DNA of 64,000 nucleotides, from the NCBI GenBank assembly GCA_965662575.1, contig CBFIHN010000002.1:7087-71086 (forward strand). Reading direction: 5' to 3'. Under the pieces are notes generated by a model. The model did not search any database and was not told where the DNA came from. It saw only the letters and a list, made by a program, of their open reading frames with translations. The stretch is from Gammaproteobacteria bacterium (GTDB lineage Bacteria; Pseudomonadota; Gammaproteobacteria; Francisellales; CACEW01). The translations under genes and the position numbers were made by a program. Shown one piece after another: positions 1-9,967 of this stretch (positions within the stretch are counted from its first letter, which is position 1; each line of letters begins with the position of its first letter).

Positions 1-1487
1 CTGTCACTAATGACGTTCATTTTTGTTTTAAATGAGACAATGCCAATATCACTGTCTAGCGACCATAAACATACTGCATCACCATCATATAATACCTGCT
101 CTTTAGATTCAGGTTCTTCAAGCATTCTGGGTGGATACAGTTGGTATTGATAACTATTTGAGCGCTCAATTTTTGTTAGTTTTCCACTTGGCATATTATA
201 GGTGTAGCCATGGTCATAGGCTCGCTGCTGTTTCACCCATTTGGCTAAAATGGTATCAGTCATCGCGTGGCCACACTGAATATCATCAGCAATCCAATCG
301 ATCACTCGTTGCCAACCAATTGACTGCCATAATTCAAATGGACCCAGCTGCCAAGCAAAACCAAGGCGCATGGCTAAATCTAATTCACGTGTGGTATCAC
401 AAATTTCACCCAATGAATAAGCACAGTATAAAAATAACTCGCGATGGCAGGCCCATAAAAACCGGGCTTGTGGATGGTCACTATCACGCAAGGCCGTAAA
501 GCGCTCACTCACATTAGATTGCTTTAAAATGCCTTTCACTTCATCGGCAATTTTGCCAGAGCCTAATGCGTAACTGCCATCCTCCGGGTTAAGTACCAAA
601 ATACCTTCCGTGGTTTTGTGGTAAATTCCTTGATGTGTCTTTTGACCTAGTCTCCCTTTTTCTATTAATTTTTGTATCCATTTTGGCACCTGAAATAAGG
701 AGAGCCAGGGATCTTTCTTGAGATCTGACATGGTTGAGACCACCTGCGCGAACACATCTAGACCCACCAAGTCTAATGTGCGAAAAGTTGCTGACTTAGG
801 TCGCCCTAAATAACGCCCGGTTAACTGATCAACAATATCAAATGGTATCGAGAATTTTTCGGCATAATGACAAGCACATAACAGTGCAAAGGTGCCAATT
901 CGGTTGGCGATAAAATTGGCGGTATCTTTGGCATAAAGTACCGTTTTACCTAAGCGGTTTACCAGCAAATTTTCAGCTTTCTGCAGCAGTGCTGTGTCGG
1001 TTTTTCCGCTAGCAATCAACTCCACCAATGGCATATAGCGCGGTGGGTTGAAAAAATGCATCCCGAAGAATCGTGTCTGTAATGCCTCTGGCAATTGCGC
1101 ACTGAGTTGATTAATCGAGAGACCTGATGTGTTGGTTGCCAATAAAGCCCGTTTATTCAGATGACCTGAAATGGTCTGGTATAGTGCTTGTTTTAAAGGC
1201 AGGTTTTCAGCAATGGCTTCAATCACTAAATCACACTGCTCAAGCCAGGCTAAGTCATCGTCATAATTCGCTATGATAATTCGCTGGCGATTGTCTAAGT
1301 CCATCAGAGGTTCTGGGTGTTCGTGTGCTAATTGATGCAAACGACGACGAATAATGCTGTGTCGATCTTGTCCCTCTGTTGCCAAATCAAATAGATAGAT
1401 GGGAAACCCCGCATTAGCAAAGTGTGCTGCAATTTTTGCCCCCATATTACCGGCACCTAAAACCGCAATACATTTAAAATCACCCAC
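1..1487 (-). CDS. 3-hydroxyacyl-CoA dehydrogenase family protein (FadB/FadN-like). Only the N-terminal part is present; the C-terminus lies beyond the window start.
   Basis: Absent from the ORF track because it runs off the edge. My minus-strand translation from GTG at 1487 (GGAGG about 7 nt upstream) reads VGDFKCIAVLGAGNMGAKIAAHFANAGFPIYLFDLA (Rossmann GxGxxG). Further on it reads TRFFGMHFFNPPRYMPLVE, typical of 3HCDH enzymes. The frame stays open to position 1. Confidence 0.8.
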   Translation of the reverse strand, partial: MGDFKCIAVLGAGNMGAKIAAHFANAGFPIYLFDLATEGQDRHSIIRRRLHQLAHEHPEPLMDLDNRQRIIIANYDDDLAWLEQCDLVIEAIAENLPLKQALYQTISGHLNKRALLATNTSGLSINQLSAQLPEALQTRFFGMHFFNPPRYMPLVELIASGKTDTALLQKAENLLVNRLGKTVLYAKDTANFIANRIGTFALLCACHYAEKFSIPFDIVDQLTGRYLGRPKSATFRTLDLVGLDVFAQVVSTMSDLKKDPWLSLFQVPKWIQKLIEKGRLGQKTHQGIYHKTTEGILVLNPEDGSYALGSGKIADEVKGILKQSNVSERFTALRDSDHPQARFLWACHRELFLYCAYSLGEICDTTRELDLAMRLGFAWQLGPFELWQSIGWQRVIDWIADDIQCGHAMTDTILAKWVKQQRAYDHGYTYNMPSGKLTKIERSNSYQYQLYPPRMLEEPESKEQVLYDGDAVCLWSLDSDIGIVSFKTKMNVISD

Positions 1488-1563
1488 GGATACCTCCAGT
1501 TCGCTCTCTAGCTGATGGTCATTTTTATTGTAGATGATCTTGCCTATAATTTCTCTATGACTC

Positions 1564-1713
1564 TTAAGGGACTGTTGCAAAGCAGTTTCTAGCGGCACTA
1601 GCGTCGTTGAAAAAAATGAAAAACTGCTCATTGATTAGGTATAAACGCCGCTTTTTTAATTTTTTTCGTCTAGCTATTGCTCGCTATAAACCAGCTTGCA
1701 ACAGTCCCCTTAA
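1564..1713. repeat. Long-armed imperfect palindrome (MITE-like element), about 53-bp arms
   Basis: Left arm: TTAAGGGACTGTTGCAAAGCAGTTTCTAGCGGCACTAGCGTCGTTGAAAAAAA. Reverse complement of right arm: TTAAGGGGACTGTTGCAAGCTGGTTTATAGCGAGCAATAGCTAGACGAAAAAAA. It lies between divergent genes, and a related copy is at 14335-14442. Confidence 0.6.
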
Positions 1714-1789
1714 CTGTCTCCTTTTGCTTTTTTCTCACCGTTAAATTACAGTAAGCAGATAGTGATAGTAGCTGCTAGGCAACAGCCCA

Positions 1790-2761
1790 ATGAACTGGCA
1801 AGAAAAAATCTTACAATTTCTGCAAGGCAAAAAACGCTTAGATATCGACACGCAGCCCTTAGTTGTTTTACAACGTCATGAACAGGGTGTTGCGCTAGCA
1901 TTAGCTAAACCCGACACGCCTAACGAAGAAATTTACTCGCATTTCTTACTGAAGAAACGCAAAGAACAAAAGTTTCGCTCGGTAATCAAAAAGTTTTTTA
2001 AGAAGCAATCTATTGCTAACCCCATTTGCCAAACTATCTTGCCATTCGACGACTATCGATTGCTACTGCTCGATGCGCCCCAAGTGCCTGAAGAAGAAGT
2101 CCGTGAAGCCATCCAATGGCAATGCAAAGATCTTATTGACGGTTCAATTGATGACATGGTTATCGATGTTTTTCCTGTTGATGTCTTACCTGGCGCACCA
2201 AAACGCGTCTATGCCGTGATTGCCGAGCGCGCCAAACTGGAACAAGACCGAGGGATGTTTAAGAAAACAGAAATCGATCACACCGCGATTGGCATCAGTG
2301 AATTACCACTTAGTCGATTGATTACACGTCATGAACAGGACAAACCGATTGCCCTATTGTATGGCAACTTAAATTTACTCATTGCACAAAAAGGCCAGCT
2401 GCGTATGATGCGTCAGATTGGTCATCGTGAACAATTAGAAACCATTGATCAGCGTAAGGAATTACTTTCGGAACTGCTCACGTCATTTGAATTTTACCAG
2501 TCACAATTTTCTGATCACTTACCACAAGTTTTACTCGTCGCGCCTGATATTTTGAAAGATCACCACGAATTACTCTCTCAATTAAACGAAGAATTTACTC
2601 TGGCCGTCAAACCGCTTCAAACAGACGATATTATTCAGGGTTCACCAAAGCTTGAACTTGAATGCCTCGGTGTCTTTGCACATATGTGTTCTTGGCTACA
2701 TGATGAACGCCCAGCGCCTGAAGGTCAAAAAGAGGAGGAAGACAATGCAACAGAAAGTTGA
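1790..2761 (+). CDS. mshI: MSHA pilus biogenesis protein MshI-like (PilM-like assembly component)
   Basis: First gene of a co-directional, tightly packed operon whose later members are clearly MshJ/K/L/M/N/E/G. Size and position fit MshI. No motif was independently recognised. Confidence 0.55.
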   Translation: MNWQEKILQFLQGKKRLDIDTQPLVVLQRHEQGVALALAKPDTPNEEIYSHFLLKKRKEQKFRSVIKKFFKKQSIANPICQTILPFDDYRLLLLDAPQVPEEEVREAIQWQCKDLIDGSIDDMVIDVFPVDVLPGAPKRVYAVIAERAKLEQDRGMFKKTEIDHTAIGISELPLSRLITRHEQDKPIALLYGNLNLLIAQKGQLRMMRQIGHREQLETIDQRKELLSELLTSFEFYQSQFSDHLPQVLLVAPDILKDHHELLSQLNEEFTLAVKPLQTDDIIQGSPKLELECLGVFAHMCSWLHDERPAPEGQKEEEDNATES

Positions 2762-3347
2762 TTTTCTTGAATTTCTCCCTAAAGAAGTCAAAGTCTTTTT
2801 GTCACTGAATAAAATTGCCAGTACGGCGATTATTGTTACTGGGTTATTAGTTGCCTTGATGGTCGTAAATTTTTGGCAAAACCAGCAGCTTAAAAGCAGT
2901 GTTAAAAAAGCGCAGCAAGCTGAAGCGACAGCCAGTCAACAGCTACTGACGCTCACTCGCAAGTCCAAAGACTCGAGTAAAATCAAAGCCTTAAAAACCA
3001 GGGTTAATCAGCTTAGTGGTGAAGTAGAAGGTCAAAAAAATATTCTCAGACTTTATAAAGAAAAACAAGTTGCCTTAAGCGATGGTTTTGCTCAAGAGCT
3101 ACAAGCGTTGGCTGAAAATACATTAGAAGGAGCATGGCTTACGCAATTTAATCTACGATCTGGCCAAAACCGTGCCATGCAACTCAAAGGTGAAGCGCTG
3201 TCGACACAAGATGCTGTACGTTACCTGGATACCTTAAAAAAAGCAAAGCGATTGACGGGTTGGCGTTTTGAACTTGGTTCATTACGCCAAGCATCGGTAG
3301 ATGGTAAGTCAGTCACCTTATTTGATCTAAAGGCCATTTATGAATAA
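2745..3347 (+). CDS. PilN-like / MshI C-terminal-half-like bitopic pilus assembly protein
   Basis: AGGAGG precedes the ATG at 2745 (the track ORF begins at 2652). It has a short cytoplasmic N-terminus, one TM (IASTAIIVTGLLVALMVVNFW) and then coiled coil. It overlaps the upstream gene by 17 nt. Confidence 0.55.
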   Translation: MQQKVDFLEFLPKEVKVFLSLNKIASTAIIVTGLLVALMVVNFWQNQQLKSSVKKAQQAEATASQQLLTLTRKSKDSSKIKALKTRVNQLSGEVEGQKNILRLYKEKQVALSDGFAQELQALAENTLEGAWLTQFNLRSGQNRAMQLKGEALSTQDAVRYLDTLKKAKRLTGWRFELGSLRQASVDGKSVTLFDLKAIYE

Positions 3348-4008
3348 TCCACGCAGCAGCCTCGATCATTTACAACAACAGTGGCAGAAGGCCGCTAATA
3401 TTGTTAATGACCTTGCCATTCGAGATCGAGTGATTATCTTGGCCATTGTTATCGCGCTGGTTATCGGTATCATGCACTTGGCCAGCAATTTAACCTTAAG
3501 CAAAGAGCGTCTTCGCCTAGAAAAACAGCTGCAGCAAAGCCAAGAGAAAGTGGCGGTGATTCGCAAAAAAGCCGAGGCTATCGAGCGCACAATTATTGCG
3601 CCAGAAAAAACCAAAGAATATAAAGAACTGCAATCACTAGAAAAGAAAACGGACAACTGGTCTAAAGAAATTGATCAATTTCAAGGAAAAGCCATTAGCC
3701 AAGAAAAGCTCATTGAAATTTTACGTGAAGGCATTGATCGCCAACCCGATTTAAATTTGATTAGCATTAAAGTCCCTGACCCACGCATTTTATTTGCAAC
3801 ACAGCGCCAACAACTTTTGCAGCAGAGTGTGATGATTTCATTTACTGGACATTATTTTGCGACGTTAAATTACTTAAAAGCCATCAATGCCTTGAAACAA
3901 CCCATTTCCTGGGATGAACTGCAGTATCGCGTTGAGAAATATCCCAATGCCATGATTACGTTACGCATCCACACCCTAGGTTATCATGAAGGTAAAGATG
4001 ATGAATAA
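3340..4008 (+). CDS. mshJ: MSHA biogenesis protein MshJ (PilO-like)
   Basis: N-terminal TM (VIILAIVIALVIGIMHL) followed by coiled coil. It overlaps both neighbours, and its position in the operon matches Vibrio mshJ. Confidence 0.6.
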   Translation: MNNPRSSLDHLQQQWQKAANIVNDLAIRDRVIILAIVIALVIGIMHLASNLTLSKERLRLEKQLQQSQEKVAVIRKKAEAIERTIIAPEKTKEYKELQSLEKKTDNWSKEIDQFQGKAISQEKLIEILREGIDRQPDLNLISIKVPDPRILFATQRQQLLQQSVMISFTGHYFATLNYLKAINALKQPISWDELQYRVEKYPNAMITLRIHTLGYHEGKDDE

Positions 4009-4357
4009 CCGTATTGCTCACCGTCAGCTGATCTTACTGGCACTATGTTTTTTATTGCCATTACTTAGCCAAGCTCGACTTGTTGATCCAACTCGTCCGG
4101 CTGGCTATACCACCAAACGCATTTTATCGCCAGAACAGTTACGCCTTAGCTCGGTTATCATTGGCAAACACAGCAGAACCGCTGTCATCAATGGCAAACG
4201 TGTTGCCGTTGGTGATGAAGCGTTTGATATGACAGTACAATCTATTGCACCAACACAGGTTGTTTTGTCTAGTCAACGTCGGGGAAAATTTACTGTCAAA
4301 TTAATCAGCGAAGGCCGTCAGGCAGTCCAAAAAAAACCACTTAACCGATCATCCTAA
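3986..4357 (+). CDS. mshK: MSHA biogenesis protein MshK
   Basis: Small secreted protein with signal peptide LILLALCFLLPLLSQA followed by the DPTRP motif I associate with MshK. The real start may be the MMNN codons at about 3998. Confidence 0.6.
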   Translation: MKVKMMNNRIAHRQLILLALCFLLPLLSQARLVDPTRPAGYTTKRILSPEQLRLSSVIIGKHSRTAVINGKRVAVGDEAFDMTVQSIAPTQVVLSSQRRGKFTVKLISEGRQAVQKKPLNRSS

Positions 4358-4367
4358 GGGCGCATTT

Positions 4368-6059
4368 ATGATTAACAAACATTCTTTATTGGCCGGCATT
4401 TTAGTTTGTGGCTCAACCCTTGTGCTATCAGGCTGTGGCAACGTGATTGATAAGCCAGGAAATCCTACAATTTCCGCCATACAAAAAACGCTACAACAAG
4501 GAATGAAAGACAATCAACAGGTTGAAAAAAAACATCAGGCAATACCAGAGAATGTGCAACAAGCACTACTGCCTAAATTAACCTTGCCTCATGGCCAATT
4601 TATGCAAGTGGAGCCGCGCTTTGATGTATCTGCCGATAATATTGATGCACAAGAATTTTTCTTAGGGCTTGTGCATGATACGAAATACAATATTGTTGTT
4701 AGCCCAAGGATCACCGATAAAATTACTTTGCATTTAAAGGATGTCACGATTGAGCAAGTGTTATCCGCACTACATAATCTCTATGGCTATGTCTACAGCA
4801 AAACAGCGTATGGTTTTGAGGTAATGCCTAACCAATTGACGACACAGATGTTTAAAGTTAATTATATTGATGCCACCCGAACGGGCAGTTCTTATATTGC
4901 CGTACAATCTGGTTTAATTAGTCAACAGCAGCAAACCAGCACAAGTGAAACTGGCACCACATCAACGTCTAGTGAAGGTGTCGCAACACCAAGTAGTAGC
5001 ATTTCCACTAAAACTGAAGTCAATTTTTGGTCGCAGCTCAAAGAGGCGCTCACTGCCATTGTGGGCGATAAAGATGGTCATACCGTCTCAATTAATCCCG
5101 TGACAGGCATTGTCATTATTCGCACGTCCAATGACCAAATGCAGAAAGTGGGTGAGTACTTAGATACCTTGAATAGCATTGTGTCACGCCAAGTCTTGAT
5201 TCAAGCTGAAATTCTCCGCATCACGCTTAACAAAGGATTTCAATCAGGTATTAACTGGAGTAAGCTTGGTATATCACAAACGACCACCGGCAGCAGCGCG
5301 CCAACCACCCCGGGCGACTTCACTTCTGCCTTCACGTTAGATAAAACTTTTGGTGGTGTCGCAACGCTCGTTAAACTGCTCTCAACACAAGGCAATGTTC
5401 AGGTACTGTCTAGTCCTCGCATTGCGACTATCAATAATCAAAAAGCGATTATTAAAGTCGGTCAAGATGAATATTTTATTACCAAAGTATCAAGCACTGT
5501 CACTGGTGGTATTGATAGCCAAGCCACTCAAGATGTCACCATGGAGCCGTTCTTCTCTGGTATATCTTTGGCCGTTACCCCAACCATCATGTCAGATGAT
5601 CGTTTGATGTTACAGATTCACCCGATTATCAGCACAGTAAAAGACCAAAACAAGCAATTTACCATTGGTGGCCGTCAAGATAGCATTCCTTCTGCATTAA
5701 GCGAAGTTGATGAATCGGAAAACGTGGTTTATAGCAACTCTGGCCAATTGGTTATTTTAGGCGGATTGAGCAAAAATAGTACCGAAGAGGAAGCCAGCGG
5801 CGTTCCTTTCTTTAGTAAAATTCCATTCCTTGGAGCTTTATTCCGTGGTACCAAGCAAAACTCACAACGCCAAGAATTGGTCATTTTACTACGTCCAACG
5901 ATTATGAATGATAAAGCACTGGTACAGTCACTAGAACAAACCAATGCGCAATTTGAACGCGTCAATCAGGGATATCATCTTGGTAGTTTCCCTAATCGCT
6001 TTGGCACCCTGGGCGAGACACAAAATCTAGATGTCCGAAATAATAGGCAAGGGGCATAA
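4368..6059 (+). CDS. mshL: MSHA secretin MshL (GspD/PilQ-family secretin, lipoprotein-type)
   Basis: Lipobox LVLSGC. The C-terminal secretin core includes VLSSPRIATINNQKAIIKVGQDEYF and GVPFFSKIPFLGALFR. Confidence 0.9.
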   Translation: MINKHSLLAGILVCGSTLVLSGCGNVIDKPGNPTISAIQKTLQQGMKDNQQVEKKHQAIPENVQQALLPKLTLPHGQFMQVEPRFDVSADNIDAQEFFLGLVHDTKYNIVVSPRITDKITLHLKDVTIEQVLSALHNLYGYVYSKTAYGFEVMPNQLTTQMFKVNYIDATRTGSSYIAVQSGLISQQQQTSTSETGTTSTSSEGVATPSSSISTKTEVNFWSQLKEALTAIVGDKDGHTVSINPVTGIVIIRTSNDQMQKVGEYLDTLNSIVSRQVLIQAEILRITLNKGFQSGINWSKLGISQTTTGSSAPTTPGDFTSAFTLDKTFGGVATLVKLLSTQGNVQVLSSPRIATINNQKAIIKVGQDEYFITKVSSTVTGGIDSQATQDVTMEPFFSGISLAVTPTIMSDDRLMLQIHPIISTVKDQNKQFTIGGRQDSIPSALSEVDESENVVYSNSGQLVILGGLSKNSTEEEASGVPFFSKIPFLGALFRGTKQNSQRQELVILLRPTIMNDKALVQSLEQTNAQFERVNQGYHLGSFPNRFGTLGETQNLDVRNNRQGA

Positions 6060-6061
6060 GC

Positions 6062-6988
6062 ATGTATCTTAAGCACTTTGGGTTAGAGGAGCTGCCATTT
6101 AGCCTAACGCCCAATACGCAGTTTTTTTGTGAATTACCGAGCCATCATGATGCGCTCAAAGCCCTGCTATTTAGTATTGAGCACGGTGAGGGGTTTATTA
6201 AGTTGATTGGAGAAGTGGGGCTTGGTAAAACGTTGCTTTGCCGCAAAATCCTTGATTGCTTAGCCCAGCCTGATATCGTCACTGCCTATATCCCCAACCC
6301 TGATTTAACGCCACAGGAATTGCGCTTAGCCTTTGCCCGTGAGATTGGTTTACATCTTGACTCCGCGACGGATCAACATCAACTACAGCAAAAATTGACC
6401 GAACAATTGATTGTGATCAAACAGCAAGAAAAGCGAGTGGTGATTCTGATTGATGAGGCACAAGCAATGCCTGATCAAACATTGGAAACTCTGCGCTTAC
6501 TGACCAACCTTGAAACCGAGTCAGACAAATTGTTGCAGGTGATCTTGCTCGCACAACCTGAACTCGATCAGCGCCTAGAAAAAAGTCATTTGCGCCAATT
6601 ACAACAGCGAATTACATTTGCCCATCAATTGCGCCATTTGAATTTAGAAGAAACCCAAGCTTATGTTGTGCATCGCCTGTATACTGCAGGCTATCGTACT
6701 GGCTCCCCACTGTTTAGTAAAAAAGCGATGAAATTGCTTTATCGCTATAGTCAGGGCGTGCCACGAGCGATTAATATCTTGGCGCATAAAGCGCTATTGG
6801 TAACCTATGGCCTAGGCGCCCACACAATTAATGCGCGCGCCGTTGCCGCGGCGATATCCGATAGCTCTGGCGTCGTTAAGTCACTGAACACTCCACCAGT
6901 CAGAAACCGCTATTACTGGCTTGCAGGCATAGTGCTTGTCATGATAGTGATGGCGCTGATTAGCTATGACTTATTAATCCACACTTAG
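6062..6988 (+). CDS. mshM: MshM (ExeA-like AAA ATPase)
   Basis: N-terminus MYLKHFGLEELPFSLTPNTQFF, Walker A GEVGLGKT and Walker B VILIDEAQ. Confidence 0.85.
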   Translation: MYLKHFGLEELPFSLTPNTQFFCELPSHHDALKALLFSIEHGEGFIKLIGEVGLGKTLLCRKILDCLAQPDIVTAYIPNPDLTPQELRLAFAREIGLHLDSATDQHQLQQKLTEQLIVIKQQEKRVVILIDEAQAMPDQTLETLRLLTNLETESDKLLQVILLAQPELDQRLEKSHLRQLQQRITFAHQLRHLNLEETQAYVVHRLYTAGYRTGSPLFSKKAMKLLYRYSQGVPRAINILAHKALLVTYGLGAHTINARAVAAAISDSSGVVKSLNTPPVRNRYYWLAGIVLVMIVMALISYDLLIHT

Positions 6989-7030
6989 AGAAGCCATGTC
7001 ATTCACTTCCCTTATACGAGGAATATCATT

Positions 7031-8224
7031 GTGAGTTTACTCAATAATATGTTTAAAGATTTAGAAAAGCGCCGTGCAACAAAAGCTGACGAACAGGTGC
7101 CTGATGCTTTAAAAAGTTTTGCCAAGCGCAGATTACCTCGCTGGCTGCCCATCACAGTTATTTTAGTGATTGTTGTCGTGATTATTGTTGCCGTGTTACT
7201 GATTGATGCAAAATCAATTAACTCCAAGCCGGAGGAACTCTTAAAGCCTAAGGCCCTACAAATTAGGAACATGAAACCTAAAGTCACGGAAGTGAAACAG
7301 TTTGGTTGGAGTTATCAAAAAAATCTGGGGCTATTGACCATTTCTCTTTCCAAAGCGGCACACTATCAATTGGAACATGACGGTAATAAACGCCAGGTTA
7401 CTCTCATACTGTTGGATAGTCAGATGGGAAATATCAAACTACCTACCATTGAAGAGAATCCGTTGCTTGCTGCCATCAATGTGAGCAAAGCCAATAAAAC
7501 AGTAACGCTTAAATGTAAACTCAAAGAGCAAGTTCATCTACAGGCTATTGAGTTAACGCGTGGTAAAGGCAGTAAAATTTTAGTCAAAATTACGCCTTCC
7601 TCCGCAGCGTTGGAAAAAATTCAAGCAGAGGCAACAAAAGTACCACCAACTACAGAAGAACTTGCACTAATCGATTATGAGAAAGCGATAAAATTTGCAA
7701 ATAATGGTGATAAAAAACAGGCTATTAATTTACTTAATCAGTCTTTGTCTAAAAAAACAAATTTTTGGAAAGCGCGTGAAATACTAGCTACACTGCTATT
7801 AGAGCAAGGTAATTTTGCCAAAGCCAACCAGGTTATTGAAGCAGGCTTAACCATTAGCCCTGAGAATATTGCGCTGATTACACTCAAAGCACAGCGATTT
7901 GTTAAACAGCACCAAGACAAAGCAGCGCTTGCATTACTCAGACAGTTTTCACCAACCCTACGCAATCACACACAGTTTTATGGGTTGATTGCTGCACTTG
8001 AGCAAAAACTTGGTCACACCGAACTCGCTGGGGAATACTATGCCCAATTGGCCAAAGTAGAACCAAACCAAGCGAAGTGGTGGCTTGGCCGTGGCATTGC
8101 ATTAGAAGCACAAAATAAACGCCAGGCAGCTTACCAAGCGTATTACCAGGCAATGGTTGTGGGCGGGTTATCCCCTAACTTACAGGTCTTTATCCAATCA
8201 CGGATGAGCCGCCTGAAAGATTAA
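7031..8224 (+). CDS. mshN: MshN (TPR-repeat MSHA biogenesis protein)
   Basis: GTG start, one TM (WLPITVILVIVVVIIVAVLLI) and C-terminal TPR-like repeats (residues about 215-390). Its position lies between mshM and mshE. Confidence 0.7.
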   Translation: MSLLNNMFKDLEKRRATKADEQVPDALKSFAKRRLPRWLPITVILVIVVVIIVAVLLIDAKSINSKPEELLKPKALQIRNMKPKVTEVKQFGWSYQKNLGLLTISLSKAAHYQLEHDGNKRQVTLILLDSQMGNIKLPTIEENPLLAAINVSKANKTVTLKCKLKEQVHLQAIELTRGKGSKILVKITPSSAALEKIQAEATKVPPTTEELALIDYEKAIKFANNGDKKQAINLLNQSLSKKTNFWKAREILATLLLEQGNFAKANQVIEAGLTISPENIALITLKAQRFVKQHQDKAALALLRQFSPTLRNHTQFYGLIAALEQKLGHTELAGEYYAQLAKVEPNQAKWWLGRGIALEAQNKRQAAYQAYYQAMVVGGLSPNLQVFIQSRMSRLKD

Positions 8225-8241
8225 GGGCATGATGATGCCCT
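8224..8241 (+). other. Perfect 7-bp hairpin (AGGGCAT-gatg-ATGCCCT) between mshN and mshE
   Basis: Read directly. It overlaps the mshN stop codon. No T-tract follows, so it is not a classical terminator; it may be an intra-operon RNA element. Confidence 0.3.
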
Positions 8242-8253
8242 AGTGAGGGCTTC

Positions 8254-9939
8254 ATGGATCAAATAACACAACAAATTGGCCAGACACTCATCCAAGAAGG
8301 GGTGATGACACAAAGCACTTTTGATGAGCTCATTGCCAATTTAAAAGATAGTAAAGATAGCTTTGCCGATGCACTTGAGCGTCAGAAAATTTTATCGCGT
8401 CAAGACTATTTACAACGCGTGGCAACAATCTTTAACAAACCACTCTATAGTCTGAAAAATTACCATGTCGATTCAGGTATTTCACAACACTTAAACGAAG
8501 CTTATTCACGTCAATTTAAAGCCATTGTTGTTGCTGAAGATGACACTGGTTTAATTGTTGGCATGGCTAACCCTTTTGATTTGACCGCTATTGATGAATT
8601 AAAGCGTGTACTTCAACACCATTTCCAAATCGTCTTAATTGATGAACGAGAGCTGTTTAAAACATTAGATATTATCTACCGCCGTACCGGTGAGATTAGT
8701 GAATATGCTCATCAATTGACTTCTGAAATCACCACCGCTGCTGAACAAGAAAACCAAGAATCTGGCGAAGTTGATAGTACGGTGATTAAGCTGCTCAAAT
8801 CGATTTTTGAAGATGCCGTGCAAGTGGGTGCATCAGATATCCATATTGAACCCGATGAATATACGCTACGTATACGCCTACGGGTTGATGGGGTCTTGCA
8901 AGAACAACAGATCAATGAAAAAAGGGTGGCCAATGCTTTAGTCGTTCGGCTAAAACTGATGGCAAATTTAGATATTGCCGAACGCCGCTTACCACAAGAT
9001 GGTCGCTTGAAAATTAATGTTCAGAACCGGCGTGTTGATATTCGTCTTTCTACCCTGCCAACACAATTTGGTGAAAGTGCGGTTATGCGGCTACTCGACA
9101 AAGAAAAAAGTTTACTTGATCTCGATAAACTTGGCATGCCCGAGGATATTGAACAACGCTTTCACCGTGCATTAAGTATGCCCAATGGTATTATTCTCAT
9201 TACTGGTCCAACTGGTAGTGGTAAAACGACGACACTCTATAGTGCATTAACCCAACTGAATGTTCCTGAAAAAAAAATCTTTACAGTTGAAGATCCGATT
9301 GAATATAGCCTAGAGCGAATTAATCAAGTCCAAGTGAACACCAAAGTTGGCCTAACCTTTGCTGAAGTGCTGCGTTCTACGCTGCGTCAAGACCCTGACA
9401 TTATTATGCTTGGTGAGATGCGTGATCATGAAACGGCTGACATTGCGATTCGTGCAGCACTAACCGGCCATTTGGTCCTATCAACTTTGCATACTAACGA
9501 TTCGGCCAGTAGTGCTTTTCGTTTGGTTAATATGGATATCGATGGCTTCCTGGTCGCGGCAACCTTGCGCGCAGTTTTAGCACAACGATTGCTGCGTCGA
9601 GTCTGCGAATACTGTCGAGCCAAGCAATCACTCAGTGACGCTGACAAAATGTGGGTCAGTCAATTGCGTCCTGGATTGAGACTGAATGGTGATCAATTTG
9701 TCCAGGGTGAAGGTTGTTCGCACTGTAATAATAGTGGTTATTCTGGACGAATCGGGATTTATGAATTACTCGAGCTTGATCAACAAATGATGAAGGCCTT
9801 AAGCGCCAATGATTCTAATGCATTTAATGATCATGCCTATAAAGTATTAGAAGGAAAACTATTAATCGATCAGGCGTTTAGTTTGGCATTATCTGGCCAT
9901 ACCAGCCTGGAAGAAGTGATGCGGGTGTTTGGTGAGTAA
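8254..9939 (+). CDS. mshE: MSHA pilus extension ATPase MshE (GspE/PilB family)
   Basis: Walker A GPTGSGKTTT, the Asp/His-box region, and the tetracysteine motif CEYC...CSHC typical of GspE-type ATPases. An MshEN-like N-terminal domain is present. Confidence 0.9.
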   Translation: MDQITQQIGQTLIQEGVMTQSTFDELIANLKDSKDSFADALERQKILSRQDYLQRVATIFNKPLYSLKNYHVDSGISQHLNEAYSRQFKAIVVAEDDTGLIVGMANPFDLTAIDELKRVLQHHFQIVLIDERELFKTLDIIYRRTGEISEYAHQLTSEITTAAEQENQESGEVDSTVIKLLKSIFEDAVQVGASDIHIEPDEYTLRIRLRVDGVLQEQQINEKRVANALVVRLKLMANLDIAERRLPQDGRLKINVQNRRVDIRLSTLPTQFGESAVMRLLDKEKSLLDLDKLGMPEDIEQRFHRALSMPNGIILITGPTGSGKTTTLYSALTQLNVPEKKIFTVEDPIEYSLERINQVQVNTKVGLTFAEVLRSTLRQDPDIIMLGEMRDHETADIAIRAALTGHLVLSTLHTNDSASSAFRLVNMDIDGFLVAATLRAVLAQRLLRRVCEYCRAKQSLSDADKMWVSQLRPGLRLNGDQFVQGEGCSHCNNSGYSGRIGIYELLELDQQMMKALSANDSNAFNDHAYKVLEGKLLIDQAFSLALSGHTSLEEVMRVFGE

Positions 9940-9967
9940 CACGCATAACGGCTGAGAGGGGAACACC

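Noticed and set aside
131-499. 122-aa ORF on the plus strand
   Set aside because: It lies entirely antisense to the well-supported 3-hydroxyacyl-CoA dehydrogenase frame and has no recognisable features.
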